Origin: Fidelibacterota bacterium
Lineage (GTDB): Bacteria > Fidelibacterota > UBA2242 > JAOZSR01
Direction of reading: 5' to 3'
Assembly (NCBI GenBank): GCA_029939575.1
Contig: JAOZSR010000007.1
Coordinates: 2,092-66,091, forward strand
DNA: 64,000 nucleotides
Part shown: positions 55,384 to 64,000 of the stretch, piece by piece
Numbering within the stretch: the first letter of the stretch is position 1
Layout of the letters: each line of letters opens with the position of its first letter
Program-made: the position numbers and the translations under genes
The notes under the pieces: model-generated
What the model saw: the letters and a program-made list of their open reading frames with translations, nothing else
What the model was told of the DNA's origin: nothing
The model's database searches: none

Positions 55384-57345
55384 ATGAAAACCAGATCATT
55401 ATTATTTTCAATAATTATTCTGTTATTTCTCTTCAATTTTTTAATTTCTCAGGAAAATCCACAAATTTTTAAAATGATAGAATCTGCCGGAGAAAGCAGT
55501 GACCATGCGCTGGCAGATAAAATTATGATTTTTGATAGTACAAAAGTTGACGTAATGGAGTCCGGTTTAAGTTATGTTTATATTCATAAGTTAATTAAAG
55601 TACTCACACTCCAGGGAGCAAAAAATCTTAGAACTATCCATTTTGATTACGACACTTTATCAGCTTTTATTGAAATTAAAGAAGCCACAATTTTTAAGAA
55701 AGATGGCAGAGTAATAAAAATTGCCAAAGATCATATTTATGATTATCCGGCACCTGCCCGTGCCATTTACTGGGGCATGAGAAACAAAATGATTGCTTAT
55801 GGCAGGCTTGAGGTTGGTGATGCTGTTTCATATAAATTAATGCGAAAAGGCTTTACCTATGCCCTGCTTATGGACTCGGAAGATGAACGCTATATTCCAC
55901 CGATGAAAGGTCATTTTTATGATATTGTTCCTTTCTGGTCTTCATATCCGATTCTTGAAAAATACTATGAAGTTTCTATCCCTTTAACAAAAAATATCCA
56001 GTATGAGATTTATAATGGCGAATTACAAGCTTCAAAATTTATTCACCAGGATAAAACAGTTTATTCCTGGAAAAAAGTTGATATTAAACCTTTTAAAAAT
56101 GAATCAAATATGATAGCGATTTCTGATGTTGCTCCCAAACTACTACTTTCCACTTCACCCGATTGGGAAGCCAAATCTACCTGGTTTTATGGTGTAAATG
56201 AAGATTATGGTAGTTTTGAATTTACAGAAGAGATCAAAAATAAAACATTGGAGATAATTCAAGGAGCTAAAACAGATCTCGAAAAAATCACCAGACTTAC
56301 ACACTGGGTTGCTGAAGAAATTCGTTATTCCGGTTTATCAATGGGACCTGGCGAAGGTTTTACACTCCATAAAGGTGAAATGACATTTAGAGACCGTTGT
56401 GGAGTTTGCAAAGACAAAGCCGGAATGCTCATTACAATGCTCCGGGCAGCTGGATTTGAATCCTACGCTGCTATGACAATGGCAAGATCCAGAATCGATA
56501 AAATTCCAGCAGACCAGTTCAATCATTCGGTAACTATTGTCAAACTGGACGGCAAATATAAACTTCTTGATCCGACCTGGGTTCCAGGTGTAAGAGAACT
56601 ATGGTCAAGTGCTGAGCAACAGCAAGAATACTTAATGGGAATTCCGGAAGGCGCAGGTCTTATGTCAACACCTATTTCGCCGCCCTCAGAACATTATTAC
56701 CGGGTCAAAGGGAAATCTGCTCTTCAGGTTGATGGTACAATTATGGGTGAATTCACTATAGAAGTGGAAAAACAATCTGATGCCCGTTTTCGCCGTATTT
56801 TTCGAGGCAATTATATAAATACCTGGCAGGATTTCTTTGAAAAAATGATGTATCATATTTCCCCTGCAACAAAGATCAATAATCTTGAATATACAGACCC
56901 TTACGATCTTTCGAAACCAATGAGAATTACAATAAGTTATGAAATCCCAAAATATGCTTTATTAACAGAAAAAGAGATCATTTTTACACCGGTTGTAGCT
57001 ACTTATATTTTTTGGGATCGCCGATTAAATCATCATCTTTTTATGAATTTGGATGAAGATAAAAAATTTGGCTTTCGTACAAGTTGTTCCAGATTAGTTG
57101 AATTTGACGAAACAATTCAACTACCTTCAGGAACTAAAATTGGATATTTACCCGAATTTGAGAAATTCGATGGTTCCGGTGCTTCTTTCAGCTCAAATTA
57201 CAAAGAAAATGGTAACAAATTAGTTTTCCATCAAAAATTAGTTCTGAAAAAACGTAGATATGAGAAAGAAGACTGGAAGAGTTTTCAAAATTCGGTAAAA
57301 GCCAGTAAAGACGTTGCTAATACTGCGATAATTCTGAAAAGATAA
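55384..57345 (+). CDS. secreted DUF3857 / transglutaminase-like / DUF3858 protein
   Basis: Signal peptide (LLFSIIILLFLFNFLISQ). Central RDRCGVCKDKAGMLITMLRAAG is the transglutaminase-like Cys core. Confidence 0.65.
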   Translation: MKTRSLLFSIIILLFLFNFLISQENPQIFKMIESAGESSDHALADKIMIFDSTKVDVMESGLSYVYIHKLIKVLTLQGAKNLRTIHFDYDTLSAFIEIKEATIFKKDGRVIKIAKDHIYDYPAPARAIYWGMRNKMIAYGRLEVGDAVSYKLMRKGFTYALLMDSEDERYIPPMKGHFYDIVPFWSSYPILEKYYEVSIPLTKNIQYEIYNGELQASKFIHQDKTVYSWKKVDIKPFKNESNMIAISDVAPKLLLSTSPDWEAKSTWFYGVNEDYGSFEFTEEIKNKTLEIIQGAKTDLEKITRLTHWVAEEIRYSGLSMGPGEGFTLHKGEMTFRDRCGVCKDKAGMLITMLRAAGFESYAAMTMARSRIDKIPADQFNHSVTIVKLDGKYKLLDPTWVPGVRELWSSAEQQQEYLMGIPEGAGLMSTPISPPSEHYYRVKGKSALQVDGTIMGEFTIEVEKQSDARFRRIFRGNYINTWQDFFEKMMYHISPATKINNLEYTDPYDLSKPMRITISYEIPKYALLTEKEIIFTPVVATYIFWDRRLNHHLFMNLDEDKKFGFRTSCSRLVEFDETIQLPSGTKIGYLPEFEKFDGSGASFSSNYKENGNKLVFHQKLVLKKRRYEKEDWKSFQNSVKASKDVANTAIILKR

Positions 57346-57350
57346 GGAGA

Positions 57351-59201
57351 ATGATGATGCTTTCTAAAAGAAATCAATTTAATACACTAATAATCTTTTT
57401 ATTCCTGTTAAATTTTATTTTTGCCAATACAAAATATGATGCTGAATTTCTTGAAATTACTAAAGAATATCAACTTCACAGCAATGGTGAGATAAGTTAT
57501 ACTTATCATCATAAAGTTAAAATAAATAGTTATCTCGCAACGAATAGACTTTTTGGTGAAGATTTTATTATTTATAATCCAAAATATCAATCACTGGATA
57601 TCATTAAGTCATTGACTATTATGAAAGATAGCAGCGAAGTAATATCTCCTCCAAATGCCTTTAATGAGGTTCTTCCACGAGGAGCCTCCAATGCTCCTCT
57701 TTATAATCATCTTCGTGAAATGGTTGTTACTCATCCTGGAATAGAACGGGGGTGTATCGTTGATTTTTCATATAAAATTACTAACCGAAAAGATTTCCAG
57801 CCGGGATTAATGGGCGAAGAAATATTTAGCGCTCTATATCCAATTAAATCAATGATTGTAAAAATTATAGTACCGGAAAATACTGAACTCAAATTTGACT
57901 TTATGAATTGTGATATCGACTCAACTCCAGAGGTAAATATCACTGATAACGGAGAAAAAACATACAAATGGCATCATGAAAATATTAAAGCCGTAAAAAA
58001 AGAGAATAATCAATTATCTATGGGAGAATATAAACCAAGATTAGTCTTTTCAACAATTGATTCCTGGGATTTTATTTATGATTATCTTAATCCTTCAAAA
58101 AATGGTTTATTGAATCTTAGTGCTAAAGTTGAAACAAAAATTGACAATTTAATTGACGGAATTATAGTTCCACAGGAAAAACTTACAAGGCTACAAAAAG
58201 CAATCGCTACTGAAACCGGACATGTGAAAATTTCTCCGGAATTGACAGGTTTTAAACCTTTGGCAGCAGAAATCACTTTTTTTCAAAACACAGGAACAAA
58301 CTATGATAAAGCTTTTTTACTATCCTCATTATTAAAATATTGTGGTGCGTCTTCCTATCCAATATTAGTATCCCGTTATAATCAATTTTCAGAAGTTGTA
58401 CCGTCTTTACTTCAATTTGACGATATCATTGTTAAAGCTGCATTCACAGGACAAGATGCGCACTATTTTCATCCATCAAAAGATCTTAAGATTGATATTC
58501 GCAGCACACTTTCTCAAAAAACTTTATTTTATTTAAATAATTCAAAAAATAATCTTCATAAAAGTAAAAACTACGACAGAAAAGATAATAAATTATGTAT
58601 CAATACGAACCTGGTTATTAACGATGATTTATCCTATTCCGGAAATAATAATCTAAATTTATCAGGTAAATATAATTCTTATTATGAAATTAGCAACTCC
58701 AATAAAGCAATTGAAAATCTAATCTCCAGGGCCTATAAGTCTATTTCAATAAAAAATAGTAACCTGACCTTTCTTTCAAAGGAAGGATGTAGTGCTAATA
58801 TCAATTTTACTTCCAAAGAAAAATTAAAAACTGAGCATGGATATTTCCGATTTACAATCCCTGATTTTAAGAATAGTTTTAATAGTGATCATATATCCTT
58901 AGCCATTAGAAACCGCAAAACACCAATAAATATTAACTATCCATTTTTTGAATCTTATACATATTCTATTGAACTTCCTGAAAATTATAATCTTATAACA
59001 CCAGAAATTTCTCAAAAACTAAAAAACAAAATCGGACAAATCGAAATTAGCCTTAATAAGACAGCTGGCAAAATAATTTTAACCAGAATGTTATCAATTA
59101 ACAATGCCATTATTTTTCCTGAAGAATATCGGGATTTACGAAATCTAATCGTTAAATGGCAGGAAAATCATTATCGTAACTTGATATTTAAGAAGAAATA
59201 A
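57351..59201 (+). CDS. secreted DUF3857-like protein, paralog/partner of 55384-57345
   Basis: Signal peptide (LIIFLFLLNFIFA) and the same overall architecture, without an obvious catalytic Cys. Starts 6 nt after the upstream gene. Confidence 0.45.
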   Translation: MMMLSKRNQFNTLIIFLFLLNFIFANTKYDAEFLEITKEYQLHSNGEISYTYHHKVKINSYLATNRLFGEDFIIYNPKYQSLDIIKSLTIMKDSSEVISPPNAFNEVLPRGASNAPLYNHLREMVVTHPGIERGCIVDFSYKITNRKDFQPGLMGEEIFSALYPIKSMIVKIIVPENTELKFDFMNCDIDSTPEVNITDNGEKTYKWHHENIKAVKKENNQLSMGEYKPRLVFSTIDSWDFIYDYLNPSKNGLLNLSAKVETKIDNLIDGIIVPQEKLTRLQKAIATETGHVKISPELTGFKPLAAEITFFQNTGTNYDKAFLLSSLLKYCGASSYPILVSRYNQFSEVVPSLLQFDDIIVKAAFTGQDAHYFHPSKDLKIDIRSTLSQKTLFYLNNSKNNLHKSKNYDRKDNKLCINTNLVINDDLSYSGNNNLNLSGKYNSYYEISNSNKAIENLISRAYKSISIKNSNLTFLSKEGCSANINFTSKEKLKTEHGYFRFTIPDFKNSFNSDHISLAIRNRKTPININYPFFESYTYSIELPENYNLITPEISQKLKNKIGQIEISLNKTAGKIILTRMLSINNAIIFPEEYRDLRNLIVKWQENHYRNLIFKKK

Positions 59202-60162
59202 TCTGCTTTTCTAAATTCTCGATGATTTCAAGTGTGTTTGATATAGATTCAGATTTAACTAATTGCTCTCTAAATTGAGATGCGCCTGGAAAGCCTTTGA
59301 AATAGGAACTATAAAATTTTCGCATAATTGGATACCAGTTTCCCCATCCTCTATATTCTATTTCCAGGTTAATCAGATTTTTACATAGTTGTATTTTGTC
59401 TATTAATGGTCTTTCAACAGGAGTATCCCCAGTAGCAAGATATTTTTTAATATCATTAAAAAGCCAGGGATTACCAATGGCGGCACGCCCGATCATGATT
59501 CCATCACAACCGGTTCTGTCTAACATCTGTTTAGCATCGAAAGGTGTGATTATATTCCCGTTACCAATAACCGGAATATCCACAGCACGTTTAATTTCGG
59601 TTATAATATTCCAGTCCGGTTTACTTGAAAAAACATCAGAGGCTGTGCGAGGATGAATAGTCAAAGTTGTAATTCCCTGGTCTTCTAAAATTTGAGCAAC
59701 TTCAACCGCAACAATATTTTTATGGTTCCATCCACTTCTAATTTTGGCAGTCACAGGAGTTTTTACAGCTTTTACTACTTTTCCTGCTATTTTAGACAGG
59801 AGATTTAAATCATTCAATAATGCAGCTCCTGCGTTTTTCGCCACAACTTTTTTAACCGAACACCCCATATTGATATCAATCACATCCGGCTGGAATTTTT
59901 CTTCAATCATTTTAGCAGAATTCGCCATAGCAACAGGATCATGCCCAAATATCTGGATTCCAAGTGGACGTTCAATGTCATCGTAATCGAGATATGATTC
60001 CGTTTTTTCAGAACCTCTGACAATTCCTTCAGAACTTACAAATTCTGTAAAAACAAGATCAGCGCCTAATCTTTTACAAATAGTTCTGAAAGCTCGGTCA
60101 GAATAACCAGCCATTGGTGCAAATATAACAGGAGTTTCTATTTCGTAATTACCTATTTTCAT
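59188..60162 (-). CDS. dusB: tRNA-dihydrouridine synthase (DusB-like)
   Basis: VIFAPMAGYSDRAFR, DINMGC and IHPRT are the Dus TIM-barrel motifs. Start chosen at MKIGNYE. Confidence 0.8.
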   Translation of the reverse strand: MKIGNYEIETPVIFAPMAGYSDRAFRTICKRLGADLVFTEFVSSEGIVRGSEKTESYLDYDDIERPLGIQIFGHDPVAMANSAKMIEEKFQPDVIDINMGCSVKKVVAKNAGAALLNDLNLLSKIAGKVVKAVKTPVTAKIRSGWNHKNIVAVEVAQILEDQGITTLTIHPRTASDVFSSKPDWNIITEIKRAVDIPVIGNGNIITPFDAKQMLDRTGCDGIMIGRAAIGNPWLFNDIKKYLATGDTPVERPLIDKIQLCKNLINLEIEYRGWGNWYPIMRKFYSSYFKGFPGASQFREQLVKSESISNTLEIIENLEKQIISS

Positions 60163-60394
60163 ACCGCAAATATATAAAATTATCAATACTCAAACAATTT
60201 AAAACTTACATACAGCCTATTTCAAAAGAAATATCCGAAAGCAACTATTCAAATTGTTGTATAAAGTATAAAATACAGAACCTCTATTTTATAAATCATT
60301 ATAATAGATAACTTTATATATTATTGATAATACGTATCAAGTCATCTATAAACCTGAAATATGTGGATATAAAATTACCTGATTAAAATTGGGA

Positions 60395-60844
60395 TTAATT
60401 AATATATTTTGTTTGAACTTCTTTTTGTAAACCGGTCCAGAGTAAAAATGTACAAGATAGCAACAATAAAAAATCTTCAAAAATTCGCATCCAGCCAACT
60501 TTTGACGCAACCGGATCCAGTGAAAAACATCCGCACTCAATATCTAATCCTCTGGCAATCGCACTATATATAAGTCCGATAAAAAGGATATTAAAACAAC
60601 ATAATACAAAAGCAGCTGAATTCACCCAAATATTCAATAAAAGCATAATTCCTAAGCCAGCTTCAATCCAGGGTACAAAAACAGCAACAAGGTTTAAAAA
60701 TTCAATAGGTAAAACTTTATAATGGTAAACTACCTCTGCAAATCTAGCTGGAAAAATTATTTTATCCATAGAGGCATAAAGGAAAATAAATCCCAATACA
60801 ATTCTTACAATTTCCCGAATGATATAATATTTTTCATTTTTCAT
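60395..60844 (-). CDS. MauE/DoxX-family membrane protein
   Basis: Four hydrophobic helices and a CGCF motif, as in MauE-like thiol-oxidoreductase membrane proteins. Confidence 0.5.
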   Translation of the reverse strand: MKNEKYYIIREIVRIVLGFIFLYASMDKIIFPARFAEVVYHYKVLPIEFLNLVAVFVPWIEAGLGIMLLLNIWVNSAAFVLCCFNILFIGLIYSAIARGLDIECGCFSLDPVASKVGWMRIFEDFLLLLSCTFLLWTGLQKEVQTKYIN

Positions 60845-61401
60845 AGGTTTTCTCCTACTGAAACCTGGTAATTAGACTCTAGCCATTCCAGCCAACCACC
60901 CAGAAAAAAATGTACATTGCCAAAACCCATAGCCTCTAATTGCATAGCAAGATCAAGACTGAGTGTGCAATCAAAAGAATCGCAATAAATAATTATTTTT
61001 TTCATAACATCAAGACTATTTATTTCTATTTCTGAAATGCTGATTTCTTCTATTGGAATATTAATCGCCCCAGGTATGTGTCCTTTGATATATTCTTCAT
61101 GAGCCCGCGCATCAATAAACAATGTCCCACCCTCCCCAAAACATTTTAAAGTTTGCTCAAGGTTAATTTCCCGGGCCGGACTAAATTCTTCGTATAATTT
61201 AGCAGTCTCTTCTGCAGAATTTTTTGATTCTTTCATGAATATTGGGATTTTTAAAGAATTTCCCTTTACTATAACTTCATTATACCTAGTTATTAGATTA
61301 ACACCATTTGGGGAAATCCAGTTAAAAATGAGAGCGAATAAACAAAAAATGACACAAACGAAAATTGATCTTATAAAAATTTGTTTCATTTTAGCGTTCA
61401 C
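60841..61401 (-). CDS. membrane-anchored rhodanese-domain sulfurtransferase
   Basis: N-terminal TM helix; LFIDARAHEEYIKGHIPGAINIP and the active-site loop YCDSFDC. Confidence 0.65.
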   Translation of the reverse strand: MNAKMKQIFIRSIFVCVIFCLFALIFNWISPNGVNLITRYNEVIVKGNSLKIPIFMKESKNSAEETAKLYEEFSPAREINLEQTLKCFGEGGTLFIDARAHEEYIKGHIPGAINIPIEEISISEIEINSLDVMKKIIIYCDSFDCTLSLDLAMQLEAMGFGNVHFFLGGWLEWLESNYQVSVGENL

Positions 61402-61559
61402 AATAAAACACCTCCAGCATTTATTAATATTGGAAATTATGTAATATTTTTGAGCTTTGCACTAATTTTTTTAGATATGCACAATTAAGTAAAAAATAAA
61501 ACCTGATTTATGGGAAATCCATGGCTTTGGATTAGTCAAATTTGAATTTGTAAACAAAA

Positions 61560-62771
61560 TTAACAGTTAAGTAATCTTGCCATAACCTTTCGACTATTTG
61601 AGTAATCCAGGGCTGTATCTCGTGAAATAATTTCCTTTTTGTAAAGCATTAATAAATCCTGCTCCATTGTTGCCATTCCTGCTTTTTTCCCTTGCATGAT
61701 CATTTGGTAAATTTCACTTATATTTTTATTTCTAATTGCTGCTTTTACAGAGGAAGTAACATTCAAAATTTCTTTAGCCAATGTTAATTTTCCCTGAGTA
61801 TCAGGAATCAATTTCTGTGAAATTACCAGGCTCAGGCAATCTGCCAATCGCATCCTGACCCGATCCTGTTCTTCACTGGGAAACTCACCAATTATTCGAT
61901 GCAGGCTTTCAATGGCAGAACTTGTATGAAGTGTTGTAAAAACCTTATGTCCACTGTCAGTTACTTCAAGAACAGTTGCTATAGTTTTTGAATCCCTCAT
62001 CTCTCCAACAACAATAACATCAGGATCCTGGCGCAATGCCTGAATTGCTCCATCTTTGAATCCTAATACATCTCCTCCAACTTCTCTATGCCGAATAATA
62101 GAATTATGGGATTTATGAATATATTCAATAGGATTTCCTATTATTACAATATGTCCCTGGTAACTTTTATTATTCATATCAACTATAGAATCTAATGAGC
62201 AACTTTTTCCGGCACCTGTAATCCCGGTAATTAAAATTAATCCTGACTTTTCATGCTTAACATTTAATTTTTTTACAATTGCAGGTGGAAATCCTAAACT
62301 CTCCATAGGAAAAAGATATTGATTAATTCGCCTAAAATTTGCTACAAGATTATTGTTTTCAAAGTAAACATCTCCACGAAAACGTGAACTATTTTTATCT
62401 CCATCAAATAATAGCCCAAGGGAAAAATCTACATTCTTTTGCTTAAATAAGACTACTTTCTGTTCATCTGAAAGAATACTTAATAATATAGCGGTTATTT
62501 CATCTTCACTATATGTGGGCACATCATCACGAGGACCTTTGTTGCCAAAAATTCTAAACCAAACTTTTCCCTGCGCTCCCTCTCCCCCAATATCCATGTC
62601 AGAAGCATCAAATTCTTTCATTTTAGCAAGGATAATTCTTAATTGGTCGTAGGCCTCTTCCCGCCATTTTTTATTAAAATTTATTAATTTATTAATGTTC
62701 TTAAATCGTTCTGTACCATATAAATATTCAGGTAAGGTAACCTGCATTTCCGGTGTAAAACTTAATCCCAT
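61560..62771 (-). CDS. pilT: PilT/PilU-family type IV pilus retraction ATPase (N-terminally extended)
   Basis: ASDMDIGGEGAQGKVWFRIFG (PilT N-terminus), GITGAGKS Walker A, GEMRD, TLHTSSA His-box. Confidence 0.75.
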   Translation of the reverse strand: MGLSFTPEMQVTLPEYLYGTERFKNINKLINFNKKWREEAYDQLRIILAKMKEFDASDMDIGGEGAQGKVWFRIFGNKGPRDDVPTYSEDEITAILLSILSDEQKVVLFKQKNVDFSLGLLFDGDKNSSRFRGDVYFENNNLVANFRRINQYLFPMESLGFPPAIVKKLNVKHEKSGLILITGITGAGKSCSLDSIVDMNNKSYQGHIVIIGNPIEYIHKSHNSIIRHREVGGDVLGFKDGAIQALRQDPDVIVVGEMRDSKTIATVLEVTDSGHKVFTTLHTSSAIESLHRIIGEFPSEEQDRVRMRLADCLSLVISQKLIPDTQGKLTLAKEILNVTSSVKAAIRNKNISEIYQMIMQGKKAGMATMEQDLLMLYKKEIISRDTALDYSNSRKVMARLLNC

Positions 62772-62792
62772 ATTATCCCCCGATAGCTCCGG

Positions 62793-63659
62793 TTATCTTT
62801 CACCAGTTACAAGTTTTAGCATCACAATTCTTTGTGCCGATTTTCGCCATTTTAAATAGTTACAATTAACCAGGTTAATTATAAAGCGTCTTAACAATTT
62901 TTCATCTTGCCCTGCAAAATGATTTAGAATTACCTTTCTGTCAAAATATTTAATATTAACATCGGTTTCAGCCCTAAGTTTTGTTTCAGAAACTGATGAT
63001 ACTATGAAGCTTTCTTCTCTCCATGAATCCCATTTTTGTAAATAATCTATTGTTGTATTACTGAGCCATACTGATACTTCACCACTTTCAACAAGAATAA
63101 TAGAATCTTTACAGTCATCTGAATCAAGGATAATATTGTCACCCTCCTGAAACGAGATAACATTTCCTATATCAAGAAAGGCAATTTTTTCTTCCGGAGT
63201 AAAACCTCTTAATATAGTTGGCTCTCCTTTAACAGAAATCGCAGCACTTTCTTCACCCGGGTCAAAAACTTTTAAAAGCGGGCCATATAAGTCTTGTGAA
63301 TATTGAAGCCCATCATCTACGGCTTTTAATAATTCATCAGCATTTATTGGTTTTGATAGATATTGGTATGCTCCGGCATGAACAGCTTTAATAGCACCCT
63401 CAATACTTGAAAAGCCGGTCAATACTATTATCACAGCTAAAGGATGACTCTTCTTGATTAATTTCATTAATTCAAAACCATCAATTTTTGGCATGGCCAT
63501 ATCAATCAAATAAAGATCGAAATCATCATTATCCATTTTTTCAAGAGCATCCTGACCATCAACTGCGAGAGTAATTCGGTATCCTTCTTCCTCCAGGAAA
63601 TCTTTACATATCTCTCTTACACCTTGCTCATCATCTACAACCAAAATATGTTTTTTCAT
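62793..63659 (-). CDS. response-regulator receiver domain fused to a cNMP-binding-like domain
   Basis: ILVVDDEQGVREI...DLYLIDMAMPKIDGFEL (REC Asp pocket). C-terminal FQEGDNIILDSDDCKDSIILVESGEVSV is cNMP-binding-like. The ATG at 63659 is preferred over the upstream TTG at 63689. Confidence 0.65.
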   Translation of the reverse strand: MKKHILVVDDEQGVREICKDFLEEEGYRITLAVDGQDALEKMDNDDFDLYLIDMAMPKIDGFELMKLIKKSHPLAVIIVLTGFSSIEGAIKAVHAGAYQYLSKPINADELLKAVDDGLQYSQDLYGPLLKVFDPGEESAAISVKGEPTILRGFTPEEKIAFLDIGNVISFQEGDNIILDSDDCKDSIILVESGEVSVWLSNTTIDYLQKWDSWREESFIVSSVSETKLRAETDVNIKYFDRKVILNHFAGQDEKLLRRFIINLVNCNYLKWRKSAQRIVMLKLVTGER

Positions 63660-63710
63660 ATTTTCAAGTCCTTGTTTATTTCTTTCCAATATCCAGTAAC
63701 AAAAATATAA

Positions 63711-64000
63711 CTATTCAGTTTCAGAAGTTTCTCTAAATTCCTGTACTATCTTCAAATGCTTTAAATCTTCAATTTTAAGCAAATGTTTTTTTATCGCTTC
63801 AACACCATCATAAATCTGATCACTCGTTTTTTTAAGTTTTTCATCATTATATTTTTCTGAAGCATTCTTTATCCGCCTTCCGGATAAAGAAAATATTGTT
63901 AACGGATTATTGATATCATGATCCAAATGAGAAATTTGAGCTGCCAATTTTAATGCTTCAACATAATCATTATTTTTACGTTTTAGTAAAAAAAACTGCT
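63711..64000 (-). CDS. partial signal-transduction protein with HisKA-like H-box (N-terminus beyond window end)
   Basis: Reading frame open to position 64000. LKLAAQISHLDHDINNPLTIFS resembles a histidine-kinase phospho-acceptor H-box. Only about 60 aa follow it, so no HATPase domain is present. Confidence 0.4.
   Translation of the reverse strand, partial: QFFLLKRKNNDYVEALKLAAQISHLDHDINNPLTIFSLSGRRIKNASEKYNDEKLKKTSDQIYDGVEAIKKHLLKIEDLKHLKIVQEFRETSETE

Noticed and set aside
61402-61559. Short hairpin AATCCA-TGGCTT-TGGATT downstream of pilT
   Set aside because: Only a 6-bp stem with no clear U-tract; too weak to call a terminator.
1-64000. Search for CRISPR arrays, transposase/integrase genes, tRNA/rRNA genes and toxin-antitoxin pairs
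   Set aside because: No direct-repeat/spacer arrays, no DDE/tyrosine-recombinase-like ORFs and no rRNA/tRNA signatures found by eye. The island looks like an integrated biosynthetic operon rather than a mobile element.

Overview
AT-rich (roughly 30% GC) bacterial chromosome segment from a flagellated diderm; genes for L-ring (flgH) and P-ring (flgI) proteins are present. It holds a flagellar locus split in two. The left block is on the + strand and runs flagellin, fliS, fliD, flaG and an FlgM-like gene. The right block is on the - strand and runs flgF, flgG, flgA, flgH, flgI, an flgJ-like gene, flgN, flgK, flgL, fliW and csrA. Between the two blocks lies a roughly 40 kb glycosylation island that is almost all on the - strand. 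The island has two GT2+TPR glycosyltransferases, a cNMP-binding protein and a GT4. It also has one uninterrupted 9.7 kb ORF (3237 aa) that fuses three GT2 domains, a GT4, two GT9-like domains, a SAM methyltransferase and TPR blocks, and that shows a clear internal module duplication. Downstream on the same strand is a tightly packed, co-directional array of 27 genes (20144-45845) with three recognisable parts. (a) A nonulosonic-acid (legionaminic/pseudaminic-type) pathway: NeuB-like synthase, CMP-transferase, two DegT aminotransferases, GNAT, PseA-like amidotransferase, PtmE-like CBS-nucleotidyltransferase, PtmA-like SDR and an N-formyltransferase. (b) An acyl-ACP module: ACP, AMP-ligase, LuxE-like, LuxC-like, FabZ-like, radical SAM, SDR, and a split transketolase. 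(c) A phosphonate module: a cytidylyltransferase-PEP mutase fusion, phosphonopyruvate decarboxylase, Fe-alcohol dehydrogenase and a sulfatase-superfamily protein. The right end of the window encodes a secreted DUF3857/transglutaminase-like pair, dusB, MauE/rhodanese, pilT, a response-regulator/cNMP-binding fusion and a partial HisKA-like gene. I could not see any mobile element, CRISPR array, tRNA or rRNA. The most novel-looking content is the giant multi-glycosyltransferase gene and the co-location of nonulosonate, acyl-ACP and phosphonate chemistry in a flagellin-glycosylation context. All functional calls are from motif recognition by eye; no database search was run.
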